The translations under genes were made by a program, and so were the position numbers. A stretch of 20,000 nt of DNA from Craspedostauros australis (taxonomy: Eukaryota). Numbering within the stretch: the first letter of the stretch is position 1; each line of letters opens with the position of its first letter. The stretch is from assembly GCA_030167865.1 (NCBI GenBank), contig JALAGF010006529.1:117135-137134 (forward strand), given 5' to 3'. The notes under the pieces were generated by a model. That model was not told the DNA's origin and did not search any database. It worked only from the letters and a program-made list of their open reading frames with translations. Shown piece by piece: positions 17,700 to 20,000 of this stretch.

Positions 17700-20000
17700 T
17701 TGCTTGTTTGTTGCTAAGTTATTCGTATGTCAATTGATAATTGATGAGAATTGTGAGAACAAATCTCATCCATCCTAATTCGGTGCATTCTGCACTTTTC
17801 CTATTGCACTGCTCGATGCCATCATGGTCCATTGCGCAGTTCTTTCTACTTCATGCTCGATACCAGTACAGTCCATCGTGCAATTCCTCTACTTGTTGCC
17901 TTCTTGGGACTTTCATATCTCTGTCTGAACTCTGTCTGGTCTTGGACCTTCTTCCTTGTTCGTTCTTGTCCATATATCTTGCTCGTGATTGTCAGGATTC
18001 TGCATGCATCATCACTGACATCACTGCTCTACTTCCTAATTGTTATTGCCACGTGCCCACTGATGCACCTGGTGTCACTAGACATTTCAGCATACCATGA
18101 CTATCACATAATCTTGATTCCTTGGATCTCAGTGGCTGATCCTCTGATGTCATCCTCTGATGTCATCCTTCATGTCTGTTGAGATGTATATGTGAGTATA
18201 TGTCAAGATGTACGTGTATATGTGCATTGTTCACCCGTTATTCTCTCATACGCACTTGGACGGTACAACTACATTCGTGTCAATAGTATGCTGTGATTCG
18301 TCAGAATTCCAGTGGAAGTGGAACACACGAAAACGAGCTGAATTTCTGGAGGAAATTTGCTATCAACGATTTCTGAGAAAATTAGAAATATCATCCGTCC
18401 ATCCATCAATGGAAACGTATGGTACCAAGAGAATCTTGAGGTACTTCCCAACTAAACCTCAGATGACGATATCATCTGACAGACCATTGCATCAGCAATG
18501 GAACATGGCATCTGGAGAGCAGAAGGACGCCTACTGACGTTGACAGGATGTCATCATGTCACCATGTTGACATCTGCCGTCATATCAGGAGCAGAAGGTG
18601 AAGATCCGATGACCAAAGGACATCAAGATCATCGATACAAGAGGTGAAGTTCAAATGGTAAGTACTCATGAAGTAGGAACCAGTAGTGAACAAACGAAGT
18701 ATCGAATGCAGAGTATGCATCAAACATGAAGTATCATGTAGCACAAGTACACGATATTGAGAGAGAGAGAGAGAGTACGAAGAGTAGTGAGAGAGCATCT
18801 CACACACCGACTCATAGTCGGAGACTGAATCTACGAGACAGACAAACGTGCCAAGAGCATCGGGCAAGACAATGGTGACACTGAGAGGATCGGAGTACCA
18901 ACATAATGAAATAGCAAACAGAATCGTGACAACCATCACGGTCTTCCACAATCGCAAGGTATCCGTCCACGGAACTTGCCAACATTCCTGGAAGTCTATT
19001 GGCAATGTATAATACCTACAAGTACTTGTATGTATGGTGTGGTTGCGACCTATTGCGAGAGCATTTAGATAGGTACCATAGCCCTACGTCTGGATCGCAC
19101 ACAGAGGAAAGAAACAGATCCCAACCAACAGAACATCGGTCGCAAACATGCGGAACCGAAAAAGATGAAATTCGGAACGAAGATCATCGATCTTGGCTCG
19201 TTCCACGACTGAGATAAGTCGAGCGAGTCAATTAAATCCGGGATTCCTTGACACTTTTGGCGAAGCGCCCAAACGCGGATGGCGTCATCCGATCGTCACT
19301 TCAATGACCCAAAGGGCGCAAAATGCCACCAATCCGATGTCACCATCTCTCAAGTGCGCTCAGGGTAGTTCCAGTACAAATTTGAGTTCCGTTGACAACG
19401 TGCGACACGAGATTGGTCCATAAATGGATCGTTCTGAGCGACATCAAGACGACAACGTTGTTCTGTTCTTCCACAAAATTGGTGTTGATCAGATCTTTCC
19501 AGGGTGAACTGTTGGGGTGACTTCTCCACACAATCACGTGATGTATCAACATCTAGATCGAAATTAAGGTACCCATCTCCCATGACTAGAACGTGATTCA
19601 ATATTTTCTGATTCGACTCGATTTGAGAGTATAGTCGGATGAGTCNNNNNNNNNNNNNNNNNNNNNNNNNNNNNNNNNNNNNNNNNNNNNNNNNNNNNNN
19701 NNNNNNNNNNNNNNNNNNNNNNNNNNNNNNNNNNNNNNNNNNNNNNNNNNNNNNNNNNNNNNNNNNNNNNNNNNNNNNNNNNNNNNNNNNNNNNNNNNNN
19801 NNNNNNNNNNNNNNGCAACAACATTTAGGATCCAGAACAACATCGTCAGAGGTGATGCATGCACCTCGTCGACGTAGACGGATCAACTCATATGTGATCA
19901 AACAGAGATCAAGATAAGGCAAGACCAGGAGAGATGAAGAAAGACCCAAGGGCGAGAATAACACGAGATATCGTGTAAATCAACATGCCATCTTGGGCAA
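17700..20000. other. Degenerate repeat-like / probable TE-derived DNA, family not assignable
   Basis: Lower GC, local CpG loss with TG/CA excess, blocks of opposite purine skew, short duplications (ATCCTCTGATGTC x2 at 18139-18164, (GA)8 at 18759-18774), an assembly gap and no credible ORF. Confidence 0.45.
19646..19814. other. Assembly gap (169 N)
   Basis: Run of N characters. Confidence 1.

Noticed and set aside
17854..18432. tRNA-Met PBS-like words (TGGTATCGAGC on minus near 17860; TGGTACCAAGAG near 18420)
   Set aside because: Imperfect matches, not directly preceded by an LTR-terminal CA, and no paired LTR is visible.
19350..19964. ORFs spanning the N run
   Set aside because: Artefacts of translating through the assembly gap.
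1..20000. CRISPR array, tRNA, rRNA or prokaryote-style operon/defence system
   Set aside because: No repeat-spacer array or recognisable structural RNA; the repeats are short tandem units and the context is eukaryotic.

Overview
Eukaryotic nuclear DNA, most consistent with a diatom (intron-poor GC3-rich genes, GT-AG intron, microsatellite-laden spacers, protein types typical of diatoms); the species cannot be determined. Four protein-coding genes all lie on the minus strand: a PLAC8 (Cys-rich) membrane protein (89..847), a 1183-aa protein with an N-terminal CxxC..CxxC module, a long disordered linker and about 9 armadillo repeats (2250..5801), a ~1330-aa acidic low-complexity protein of unknown function (7916..11905), and a two-exon secreted purple acid phosphatase (13445..15517). 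From about 16600 the window turns into degraded repeat-like DNA: a decayed non-LTR retrotransposon ORF2 tail (RNase H end, CCHC knuckle, WxxRN), a CpG-depleted tract and a 169-N gap. I see no convincing multi-gene novel system. The best leads are uncharacterised protein modules and motifs, a dense CCAAT cluster and an ordered 9x9-bp repeat. All family calls come from motif recognition by eye, not from database searches.
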